Assembly: GCA_964035545.1 (NCBI GenBank)
Contig: OZ037765.1
Location: 31,619,504 to 31,683,503, forward strand
Direction: 5' to 3'
From: Bugula neritina
Lineage: Eukaryota; Animalia; Bryozoa
Length of the DNA stretch: 64,000 bases
Below, one piece after another: positions 27,691 through 40,200 of this stretch. Numbering within the stretch: the first letter of the stretch is position 1; each line of letters begins with the position of its first letter. Below the pieces are notes generated by a model, which saw only the letters and a program-made list of their open reading frames with translations, ran no database searches and was not told the DNA's origin. A program made the position numbers and the translations under genes.

Positions 27691-28205
27691 GTTTCAGTTT
27701 GATTAGATTGTAGCTATTTTTAAGATGTTTTTATTTTTACAGCAATAAATAATATTGCTAATTTAAAAGAGCGTGTATTGCAGTAGAAATTTATTTTTAG
27801 AATTTTTGACCACAAATGATAACTACTACTAGTTTTGAACTGAGAACGAGTATTTGAGTTTGTATTACTTAATTAGTTGATTATAAATTAAGTTTAAATA
27901 AGCTTACTTACATGTGTGAGTCCAAACTCGAAGTGCTGGCAGGCTTAGCATTTTGACTTATTATGTAGACCATTAAACAAACATATTACCAAAGTTGCCC
28001 TGTTGTAGTAAGAAATCTTGGTTTAAGTGAAGCCTATTGATGTCCTGTTTATGCAATTCATTAATTTTGCTATTTGTCTTTTCTCAACACTTGACATGAT
28101 ACATGCATATATGTGCAGCTTGTAATCTTTAATATAGCAAATTATTGTCATATTTTTTGTGAGTGTTGATTAGCCTTTACTTAGATATACTGTTGTGCAG
28201 TAAAC

Positions 28206-31200
28206 ATGGCTAAAACAAAGAAAGTGAAAGGCAAAGGGGAATTGTCAGATAGAATACGGAAAAGAAAAGCTAACAGAAAGATTGAAACTGCACAGACTGT
28301 TCGAACCAATCCTTTTGAAATAAAAGTCAACAGACAAAAACACAAAGTAATAGGTAAACATCTGACGAAATACGACAAAGGAATTCCTGGGATTTCAAGA
28401 TCCAAAGCTTTCAAGAAGGTTAGTAAAATTATAAGGAGCTGGTTGAGCTTGAGTCAATTTTGCTTTAAAATATGGTGGTATTTACCTAGCACCAGTAACA
28501 TTTGTAAAGTTCGCAATGCTACTAGTATCCATGTTTGGTATTTAGTTAATAGTGCTGGATTTTTATAATTTATTCAGTAAGTGGCTAATTTAAGACTTGT
28601 TTGTTTTTTAGTCATTGTACATTCATTTTTGAATTTTAATAATTATATTATGTTTTTAATTTCAGAGGCAAGATACGTTATTAGTTGAATACAAAAATAA
28701 AAGAAAAAGTAATCGTTTAATTGACCATAGAATCGGAGAAAATGATGCCGCTGCTAGCTATGAAGAGAAAATGTTTGAGCGTTTTGCTCTGGAAAACAAG
28801 GTAGTCCTCTTTATGTTTAAAGTACCAACAATATCTCACTATAAGTTTCCGTTCAGTTTTCGATAACTGTTGCAGTCTGTTGTATTATAAATCTATGCTT
28901 CGATGTTTGGGCAAAATTATACAGATTTATGTTGTAAAATATGCAGCTTTCTGCAGCCAAATTTGAATGGCATAAGATATTTAAATTAAGTTCTTCTTTG
29001 TCCTCTGTTTGTTGCGTGTACTAAATGCAAATGTCTTAACTTAGCGTCATCACCAGAAAGCTGGAATGTTCAACATAGATGACGAGGACGATGGGTTTGA
29101 GTTGACGCACAAAGGAGAGTCTCTCAGGGAGATTGAAAAGTTTGAAAGACCAGTTGAGAGCAGCGATGAGGATGAGGGTAATGAACATTCCGGCAATCTT
29201 AAAGGTGAGGGTCATTTATATTGTATATGAGACGTTGTGTAGTTTAGAACGGGGGGGGGGGGGAGGGAGTGTCTCAAAAGCTTGCATTATTCTTGATTTT
29301 TGGGTTTTGGGCTAGGTCTTGTATTTACTTTACCTTTACAGAATATTAAAATATGTTAAACAACCTATTAAAAATTGTTCAGTCATTAAAGTATTGTGAT
29401 AACATTATGTGCTCTATGTTATAGTTATAATGTGACTAAATGTCATGGTATATTTGTTTACATTTTAAGCTCCTCCCACTTATTCCATCTCCCAGCTCTA
29501 CAAGTAATGTATTTGTCATGCTGTAGCATTTGAACTAATAAAGCAGTATCTGTTCCACATACATTAACAACATTCATAAACACCTGTAAATCACAATATA
29601 CCATTGTAAGGAAGCAACAACAAAATTACTTCAAGACTTGAATGAATGAGCTGAGCAAAAACATGTCTGCCTGTCTCTGGTAGGTGAGTTGGTGACAGAA
29701 GGTCATTTCGGTGGAGGAGTTCTGCAGAAGACTTCCAGTGAGACGCAGGAGAAGAGCTGGAAAGACAGAATGGAGGAGATGATTGCCAAGTCTAAGCTAG
29801 CCAAGGTAGGTGTAGGAATGAAGAGCTCATTGTTCTGATGTCAACTTATTGTATGTAGGTCCATTTCACGTTAATAAATGTTTTGATACTTTGTTTTATT
29901 TTACTCAAGTCTTGCAAAGCACTACTTATAAAAAGTTTGTAGACTATCAAAGCTTTATACTTACATCAGCTTGCAGTAATTACTACATTCCATTCCTGTG
30001 GGATGTGAAAAACCTTTTAGTTTCAAATAGTATAAACATGGCTTTAGATAAGCTCATAATTGAGTCTTTTTATGTCATTTTATAGAAGTTATATTGGTGG
30101 TAGACTGTTGGTTTTTAGTGAATGTTTTATGCACTAGAAAGTTGAAAGAGTAGTAACTGTACTTAAGCCACTCGCAGTTAGCCGAGTCTGGTAGCAACTG
30201 TTGTCTATTCTGTAGCAAGAGAGGCAGTCTGAGAAAGAGGAAGTGGGACAGATGACGGACATGTTGGATGATCAGTGGAGGCAACTTCACAATGTCGTGA
30301 CTTCTAATAAGCGAAAGGTGAACTAAGATTACTAAAATAATTCACAGCTAGTGGAAATATTTCCAGAAATATTGTTACTCGTTTTAGGAATTTTATTTTA
30401 TACTTTATAAAAACTAACTGGTCTTTAGTAAGTTAGAAGATATCTTTGATCTACTTACATGTTGCTGCATTCAAGCCAAGTCTATTACTCGTCATAAGCC
30501 TAGTTTGTTGTGTAGAATGATGAGGAAGGACCGACGGAGAAAGACGACTTTGACTTAGCAGTGAACGAGTTAAGGCTGGAGTCCACAGGTAACCCGTCCG
30601 ACAGACTAAAAACTGAGAGTGAGATGGCTAAGATCGAGAAGGAAAAGCTGGAGAAGTTAGAGGTAGCTGTGTAGTTGGGAGTTGTTCTACCCTATGTGTA
30701 ATAGCTGAAATACAACTCTAAGAGTAGTCTAGGAATATACTTGGATTCATTATAATGTCTCATTTGGGCTGCTTTAGTTTTCTGGTTTATGCCTTTATTA
30801 TGCTCAATTAACTGCTGATTAAATCAGGCTATTGAAACCTACTTTCCTCTCCACAGACACATAGAAAAGGGATTGTTGTGGATGTTTTCTTGCTGACAAA
30901 GTTTTGTGTATTTCATAGAAATAGAGAAATGTCTTGCTAGGCATTTGTTGTATATGTATTCAGTTAGACTGAGCTGTTTATATATTGAAGATTTTAAGCT
31001 AACAAGCAAATTTTTGTTATCAGAGTGTGCCATTTGTTTGTCCTGATTCAAGTGTACAACCTAAACACTCCATGGTTAACATGTCGCCAGTTTTCTCAAA
31101 AAGTTGTAGTTTAATGGAATTGCCTCACCCAAGACGAACCTTCATAATTGTTTTATGTTTGAAGTTGTTGAGAAATTTGGAGTTGTCTCATTATAGAATC

Positions 31201-34200
31201 ATCGGGATACCATTTATTAGGAGTTGTACGTGCCTGTAGATTGTGCTGTTTTATCTGTTGCCGTTCACACAGAGTATATTTCTCTCATGTATACAAATGT
31301 TCAGCTGTATCCACTCGTAACGTGTATGGTTATCTTTGCTGCTGCCCTGTTACAGAAAGAACGGCTTATGAGGATGAGAGGTGAACAGGTGAAGTCGAGA
31401 AAACACCAATCAGCAGATGACCTTGATGATGGGTGAGTGAGCTCTGATCATCTGCTGTCGTTCAGCTACATTTATCTTCTCTTACCTCTTCCGAGATACA
31501 TAGTAGAAATATTATTAATATGTGTTGAGTTGTGACTCTAAACAGTAGACACTTATTTAGTTATGTTAAATAAATTCCCTTGTGTTGAGTCTAAACTTAC
31601 ACTGATATACACTCTAGGATGGATTACGGCATGGATAATGATAATGAGTTTGAAGTGGTGTATAAAGATGGCAAACTCGTGTCCATAAAGGATGACGACG
31701 AGGAAAGCGAGGAAGAAAGTGGCGAAGGTTGGTGATGTCATAGGAGTATAGTATAGTGTATATTACACACAGTATAGTAGCATAGTGTATATTACACACA
31801 GTATAGTAGTATAGTATATATTACACACAGTATAGTAGTATAGTGTATATTACACACAGTATAGTAGTATAGTGTATATTACACACAGTATAGTAGTATA
31901 GTGTATATTACACACAGTATAGTAGTATAGTGTATATTACACACAGTATAGTGTATATTACACACAGTATAGTGTATATTACACACAGTATAGTAGTATA
32001 GTGTATATTACACACAGTATAGTGTATATTACACACAGTATAGTGTATATTACACACAGTATAGTAGTGTAGTGTATGTTACACACAGTATAGTAGTATA
32101 GTGTATATTACACACAGTATAGTAGTATAGTGTATATTACACACAGTATAGTGTATATTACACACAGTATAGTGTATATTACACACAGTATAGTAGTATA
32201 GTGTATATTACACACAGTATAGTGTATATTACACACAGTATAGTAGTATAGTGTATATTACACACAGTATAGTGTATATTACACACAGTATAGTAGTGTA
32301 GTGTATGTTACACACAGTATAGTAGTATAGTGTATATTACACACAGTATAGTAGTATAGTGTATATTACACACAGTATAGTAGTATAGTGTATATTACAC
32401 ACAGTATAGTAGTATAGTGTATATTACACACAGTATAGTAGTATAGTGTATATTACACACAGTATAGTAGTGTAGTGTATATTACACACAGTATAGTAGT
32501 ATAGTGTATATTACACACAGTATAATAGTATAGTGTATATTACACACAGTATAGTAGTATAGTGTATATTACACACAGTATAGTAGTATAGTGTATATTA
32601 CACACAGTATAGTAGTATAGTGTATATTACACACAGTATAGTAGTATAGTGTATATTACACACAGTATAGTAGTATAGACCAGGGTTGGGGTCAATTACA
32701 TGTAAATGTAATTAATTACAATTACAATTACATGAAAATTTGTCAATTACAATTACAATTATAATTACAGTTAAAAATAAATGTAATTAATTACAATTAC
32801 AATTACATGGCAATGTAATTAATTACAATTACAATTACTTTTGTTCTCACAAAGAATAAATAGAAGTCACTTCTAGAGTCCAACTACCAGGGGCAGTGTT
32901 GACAGTGGTGAACATCTTTTGTTTTCTACAGTGATACTATTATGTCATTCCATACCAAATCAACCAACTTTCAAGGGGTCCCACGTCTTTGTGTCTCAGA
33001 TTTTGCTCATATTTACACTAAATGGACCTACACATGTTCCGATTACCATTCGTGAATATTTCTGGCCTGACACAAAAACATTTTGAAAAATTACTACTTT
33101 GGTGAACAAAGGTTGGAAAATATTTTGAGGAAAATCTGTGATTTATACTTTTAGACCAATTTATAAGTAATTTAAAATTTGATTAGGCGAGTATTTGAAT
33201 TTTTTCAAAATTTACAAAGATTTGTTCATATTCAATGACTTTGCATATATACACACAAAGTATTCTGTAGTATGTGTTGCTACTAGTGCAAATTGATAGG
33301 TATTATCAAATCACACAGCAAATTTTAAGGCTCAGTCTAGAAAAATGATTAAGATATAGACGTTTATATATTAGTCTAAAAGTAGAAATCACAAATTTTC
33401 CTCAAAATGTTTCTCAACCTTTGTCCACAAAAGTAGTCAGTTCTCAAAAAAATTTGTGTCAGGTCAGAAATACTGAAGAAGAGTACTTGAGGCACGTGTA
33501 GGTCTATTTGGTGTAAACATGAACAAAATCTGAGACGCAAATAGACGCGTGCAATTCGGTGAGCTGGCATGGAATGACCCTACTATATTGACCTAACTAT
33601 CTGAACTTGTTATTTAACAGTAGGCATTGTAGAAAAAGAAGGAGTTTTTTAAGATTTAAAAGTTTGAAGTAATTGACATGTAATTATAAAGTAATTGTAA
33701 AAATCAATTACATTAGATATGTAATTAATTACAATTACAATTACATTTTTAAGCCTCAATTACAAATTACATTCAATTACTTTAAAAAATGTAATTAATT
33801 ACAGCCAATTACAATTACAAATTACAATTACCCCAACCCTGGTATAGACGGATGATGTAACATGCTGCCATAATTCACGCTGCCGTATGTTTATTCACTC
33901 AGATGAAATCGGCTCAGAAGGAGAGTCTAGTGAGTCAGAGGAAGGCGGCAGCGACGAAGGCAGCGACGAAGAAAGTGAAGAAGAGGATCAATACAGGTAC
34001 TATAACTGGTCACTAAGTACTCTCACTGAGAACTCTTACTTTTAGTGTAGAGTTCCTGTTGAGATTGTGTGGTGATTTCCATCCTGTGCCAAGTCTACTT
34101 GTCTGTCCTTATATGGTCAGTTGCTGTTCATTTCTAAGAAATACGAGTTTGTTAGCTGTGCTAATTTTAGATTATGACCTACACGATTTGTATGATGTTT

Positions 34201-37200
34201 TGTTCTATCATTATATTATAGACAGTTCTATTTTAGGCTGTGTATTATTCTATCTTTATATTATAGACAATTCTATTTTTAGACAGTGTGCTGTTCTATC
34301 TTTAGATTATATACAGTTCTATTTTTAGACAGTGTATTAAGACTCTTGCTCTTCTGTTCAGTGATTTAGATTCTGCTGGAGAAGAAGTTGAAGGATCTGA
34401 TGCAGAGATCAATGCGCCTCCAGCCAAGAAGAAGAAGAAATCCGAGAAGAGCTCAGTGGATGACCATATTCCTTATACATTCAGTGGTAGGTTCAGTGTT
34501 CAGTATACATTCAGTGGTAGGTTCAGTATTCAGTATACATTCAGTGGTAGGTTCAGTAGTCTGTATATAAAGTAAGTGAAAGTGCTACTGTAGTATTGTC
34601 ACTACTGAAGTGTGCACAGCTGTTACTACTGTAGTGTACACAGCTGTTACTACTGTAGCGTACACAGTTGTCACTGCTGTAGTGTACCATGTATACTCTG
34701 TATTCACAGTGCCGAACAGTTACTCTGCTCTGATAGAGCTACTAGATAAGTACAGTCTGACCGACCAGCACACGGTTATAGAGAGAATGAGGAAGTGCAC
34801 CCACATCAGTCTCGCAGAAGAGAACAAAGACCTCCTAGTGGTGGGTCCTCAGGCTATTCTCTTGTCTTCAGATTCAATTAGGCCTACTAGATAAAAACCA
34901 GTTAGTTTTACCATAACAAAACATAGTCTAAGGAGCATGCAGCGCTAGAAAACTTGCGAGCTACTCAACCTGCTTGGTATAAAGTTGCCGAACTAGAGCT
35001 ATTGCTCTGATGTATCTGGTCTCATTTTTATAGAGTTTACAGCTTTATGTTGGTAGATTCTCCTCAGAATGTTATGCATCAGAGTTCCTTCCTATTATTT
35101 CAAAGTGATGAAATATACGGTTAAGATGTGCAGAATAAATAAACAAACACTCTAGTAAATTCTTTTGCGCAATCCAGCATGTCATATCCAAGTAACAAGT
35201 TGGTTCTTTAGTTGCCCTCCATTTTCTGGTTGCAAAGATGGCTGCCATTGCCAGCCACAAACATAATTTAGTTGGCTAAAAATTGATATCTTCCTTTACC
35301 TTCGATCTCGCAATTTACACTTTCAGAAATTGTTCGGGTTCCTACTGGAGTATTTTGGAGACATTAGTTTGCGGGTGCCCCTGCCAACGTCCCTTCTCGA
35401 CAAGCTCACGGTTCACCTGTACGAGCTGGCTAAGCAGTTCCCCAAGCTGACGGCTGAACACAGCAGACACGTTATTCTGGAGAGACAGAAACTCTTCACC
35501 ATCTACTCTCAGAGCAAGAATGGAAGGGGGGTGTGGCCTTTCCTTGACCTAGTACGTTTCTCTACTCCTTCCTATCCTAATGCGGGGTTTGGGGTTTTCA
35601 TTAGCCAATAAAAATGTTTCTTGCATTCAGTTACAAAGTGAACTGAATTGGCTGGGCTGAAGAACTAGTTTGCCATTTTTATATGGATTAAACAAAGAAA
35701 TTTGCAGCATGCACTGGTATGACTCTAACTTTGGGTTGCTGGTGCATGTTATAAACCAAGGCTAAAATAACGGGTGTTGTTAATATTCTGAGATCTATGG
35801 GCTATGAAGGTTTTGACGCTTTTTTCTGTTTGAACTTCTGTCAACACTGCACAGCCTTGATCTGTAAATATCGACGGGTTTTGTTCATGATTTCAGCTGA
35901 TGTACTTCAAGCTCATAGCCGCTATATACCCAACATCTGACTTCAAACACGAGGTCGTAACTCCCACTATGATATTGGCCTCTCAAATCTACACAACTTG
36001 CCCAGTAACAAATCACCGGGACGTAGCTGTGGGCCTCATGCTTACAACCATCATGGCAGAGGTACCCAGTCTACATTTACTCACGTTAGGAGTTGTCCAC
36101 TTCTTCTTACTGTTAGCATAGGCCAGTGTAATATATAAATCATATATAAATATATGCTTGCATCATAATATTATATAAAATGTAATCTATAGTTGTTATA
36201 CTTTATTATAACTTTTGCTTATAATATTTTGTTGTGATTTCTTTTCAACATTTTATTTCTAAGTAAATTGTATCCATGTTTCAAACATGCTAGCTTTACT
36301 TTCAATATTTTACTATTTATAATAATATTATAATACATATTCCAAGTGCCAGATATTTAGAATGTGTAGGCTTTACCTGCTGTTAGTTAAAGTACTATAA
36401 GTTTACCTACTCCCCTCCTTATATACAGTCACTATTATAGAATTTAGTCTAATGTGCTGTTGTTCAACACACAGCTTTCTTGTGTGTTCATTTGTCTGTC
36501 TGTGTATATCTTGTTGAAGTATTGGAACTCATGTTTCAGTACGTCTCATTCTCCAAGTCTCTGATGCCAGAATGCGTCAACTTCCTGTCAGCACTTCTCT
36601 ACAGTGCTGCCTCACACGCTGACTCTAGCACCAATAAAGGTGAGAGATGCTCCTATGCTATGCTGTTGTGCCACATTACGCAATGCTAGATTACTAGGTA
36701 CCTACATTATGCAATATTTTGATGGGCTGTTTATTGTACAGTCTTGCCATTTGTTGCTGGCAGAGATTGTTTACTACCTGCTGTTGTATTGTACATGTCT
36801 ATTATACAAATAAACTCACAAAAGTTTTTAGTCACCAGTCCTGTGAGGGGAAAGGCTAATTAAAGCTAGTTAAAACTTATTCATCTATTCATCAAAATTA
36901 TGACTGGATGCTCTTCCTAACATTACCAATGACCTTAATTTACTGGGGTTCAAACCCATGACTTGGTGTTTACTAAGCCAAACACTCTAACCCCTAGACC
37001 ACAGCTGCTCCCTATTGTACATGACAATTAGGACACACTTATATCTGCTGCAGTAGCATCAATCAAACAATGTCATATGTCAAACCCCTCTCCCTTCTCT
37101 TTCAACTCCTGTGTATATTGTAGTGTCAGCCAGCACTGCTGTGTGCAGAGCCAACCTGTTACGGTGTAAGGGTTGCGAGGCAGAAATCAGGTGAGTCACC

Positions 37201-40200
37201 GGTTTATACTAATTTTCTGGAAAATTCTATTGGACAACCAACAGGTTGATTTACAAGAAATAAAACTCATTTTCCATCCCTGTGAGAACCCTTGATGAAG
37301 AGGGTCTTTATAAAGCAGACTAAGGACTTATTCATATGTGGCAAAGGAGTAATTATGACTGGGTGCTCTTTCTAACATCACCAATGGCCTTTACTAAGAT
37401 TCAAACCGCTGACCCTGTGTTTACTAAGTCAATGTTCTAACCACGGCTGCTGTTCCCTTTAATTTAAAAAAATGCGTTGATGTTGTAATTCAGTTTAGTA
37501 TGTGCGCAAGTAATGTTATTTTGTTCATGATTAGCTTACAATCTCTTAAAGTTCAAATCAGTATCAGTTTGGTATGAACATACTGTTGAGGCTACACCCT
37601 TGTTGCTGTACTGTTAGCAGAAAACTGAATGCAAGTGGAAATAAATCTAGACATTGCCTACTAGTGTGTAACTGTATAATATTCATAATACACAATACCA
37701 TACTCATTGTGATAAGACCCCATATATGTATAAGACTCTGTATACTTTATATTAGTATATGATCCATTTAAGAGCAGTAGTGGGGAAATTGAGATAGCCT
37801 AAGTTCTTTAAATGTCTGTAAATTTTAGTTTCGGGCGAGGGTTGAAATTCTCACGAGAACATTTCTGTTTGGCTATATTTCTAATCTAGAACACAGGCTT
37901 TTCTCAATTTCTCCATCGCTGCACCTTTTTCATATAATCTCTCTTTGTTGTATTCTTTTAATATAATCAACCCTCATCTCCAGGTCCCAGGAAGTGCTGC
38001 CTTTCAACCTCAGTCAAGTGATAATCAGAGGGGTGGGCAACTCCATATACAACACTGATCAGTTTGTCCTCACAGCTCTACACACCTGCACAGCTCTACT
38101 CAACACTTTCCTCAGACTCTACCAGGATCTACCTGCTGCGGCAGCACTCTTCTCTCACACCAAGTCAGCTTTGGACAGACTAGACACAGCGATATACCCC
38201 GAGAGTTTACAGGTATACGCTGACACATGTTCATGTATTTATTAGAATACTTATATTGGGCACAAATTTTGAAATATAAGAAATGCAGAACACCTTTACT
38301 GCATTATTTTTTTATTTCTATTGGTGATTGATCATTACCTCAAGCTAATCACGAGACGTTGTGTAGTGTTAAGTGAATATCAGCTTTATTGAGCACATGC
38401 AGAATATATTACTGTGTTGAATGGTATAGCCAGTATAACAATGCTATGATACAACACCTCTATGTATTTAAAAAAAGAAAAAAATAATTGAAGAAAAGAA
38501 AATAACATACTTTAAATTCATGGCTACGCCTCTTGCAAAATCTGTCGGCTCTATCAATCTGGTGGATGTATAACCCTTAGCTGTTGGGTAGTTGATTGGA
38601 AAGACTTGCAGTGTGTATAGCCATCTCACCCACGTATCTGTAGTGATGAGCATGTGATGGGCTAGCTGCAGTTGTTTCTCCTTTGAACTCAATGTCAATG
38701 TCTCTCTAGTACTAAAAGGAAGCGAGCTCTGTTGAAAAGGGAAATTCCTTTCCAGAGTATGTCTTCGAGCTTTCACAACTTGATGCTTAATATCAACACC
38801 TTGCAGTTACAGTTAACCATCAACAACATGCAGCAGCAACTGAAGAGGTTGTATGTTCAACATGTCATACTGATGAAAGAAGTAATATCTAGTCACCAAG
38901 CTGCTTATTACGCAGACTATTACGAAGCAGTATCGGACTATTACAAGTTTTGAACGGGAGGGCGTCTATGACAGCAGTCAGACTGGATGTTAGTGTCAGA
39001 GGGTTTGTCCTACCGAGTTAGCTGAAGCCATAGTCAGCGAGACATTCCAGCACATGGAAGGATGTAGAAACGTTAGAGAACTAAGGTTGCTGCCTTGTCA
39101 GCATACGAGGTGTGCCTCTTCTTTAGATACTATATTGGAGAGTTTATAAGATACTACCCTTTCTGCGAATATTCTGGTCAGTCTTTTCCAGTTTGTAGAA
39201 TAACTTCCAATCTACGGCAAGATGTACAGAAGCTCTCTTATGGATTTAAAGACTATGATCTGACAGATGAAGGCTTTTCACCAAGAGAACATCTGAAAAG
39301 CAGATTGATATGTTCCGCAGATGCTGAAAAAAACTACATGCATAAAAACTGTGACATCACAGAAAATTTTGACAAAAACTTTCAAAAATATGCTAAATGG
39401 AAAGCTCAAAAAGAAAAAAGATATTAGACCTTAACAATTGAAGCAAGCCGAGTTGGTGGCCGACATTCAAATACGAGTATCACATCTTTGTGCTGACTAA
39501 ATGCAGTAATTTCTAGAAGAAGTATCACTGTAGTAGACAGAGTGTCCAAAAGTTCGTTGAAGACTAGAAAAAAGGTGGTGTTCAACGAATACAGTAACGG
39601 CATTTGTAGAATTGGTGACATGAAGTGTATTATACTAGTTTCTCTGAAGACAGTCAAGATGTGGAAGAAATGAGCGTAGTGATCTGTTGTGCTTTGAGGA
39701 TACAGTGAAGTTGGTTTTCTTCCCTCCCCGTCAGCCATGCAGTCTACTCTCCTCTCAGTATTGCAGGAGTGCCATGCAGGTCTCCAATGTAAAAATAAAT
39801 TGGTTAATTCTTTCCAAAGTCAAATACTCCTGTTAGACCAGGATTCTAGTTGGATCACTTCCCCTAGTCTTTTGACTCCCCCCCCCCACAATAAGGGTGA
39901 GGATCCACTGCCACCAGGCAGTATGTAGGGGGATCAGCTCTATTGAGCACATGCAGAATATGTTGAATGGTAGAGAGAGTGAAAGGCAGTATTTATATAC
40001 AACATCAGCTTTTTAACTCAAAGCTTTACGTGGCTTTTCCTCTTTAAACCTGTATAGCAACAATGTTATGTTGTTATATCTATAGCAGCTACACCAATGT
40101 TGCAGCTGTTATAGCTACTTTAAAATTTGACTGGCCATATTTTAGGTACATTTGATTTGAATGCTGATTTTTTAAATATGCAGTCTTTTCCAACTAAAAC

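Noticed and set aside
36940-37012. tRNA gene
   Set aside because: A/B boxes are degenerate and continue into a shared non-tRNA body present in two copies; this fits a SINE head.
39424-39738. Minus-strand 104-aa ORF as retroelement gag
   Set aside because: No recognisable gag or zinc-knuckle motif; the opposite strand looks more coding-derived.
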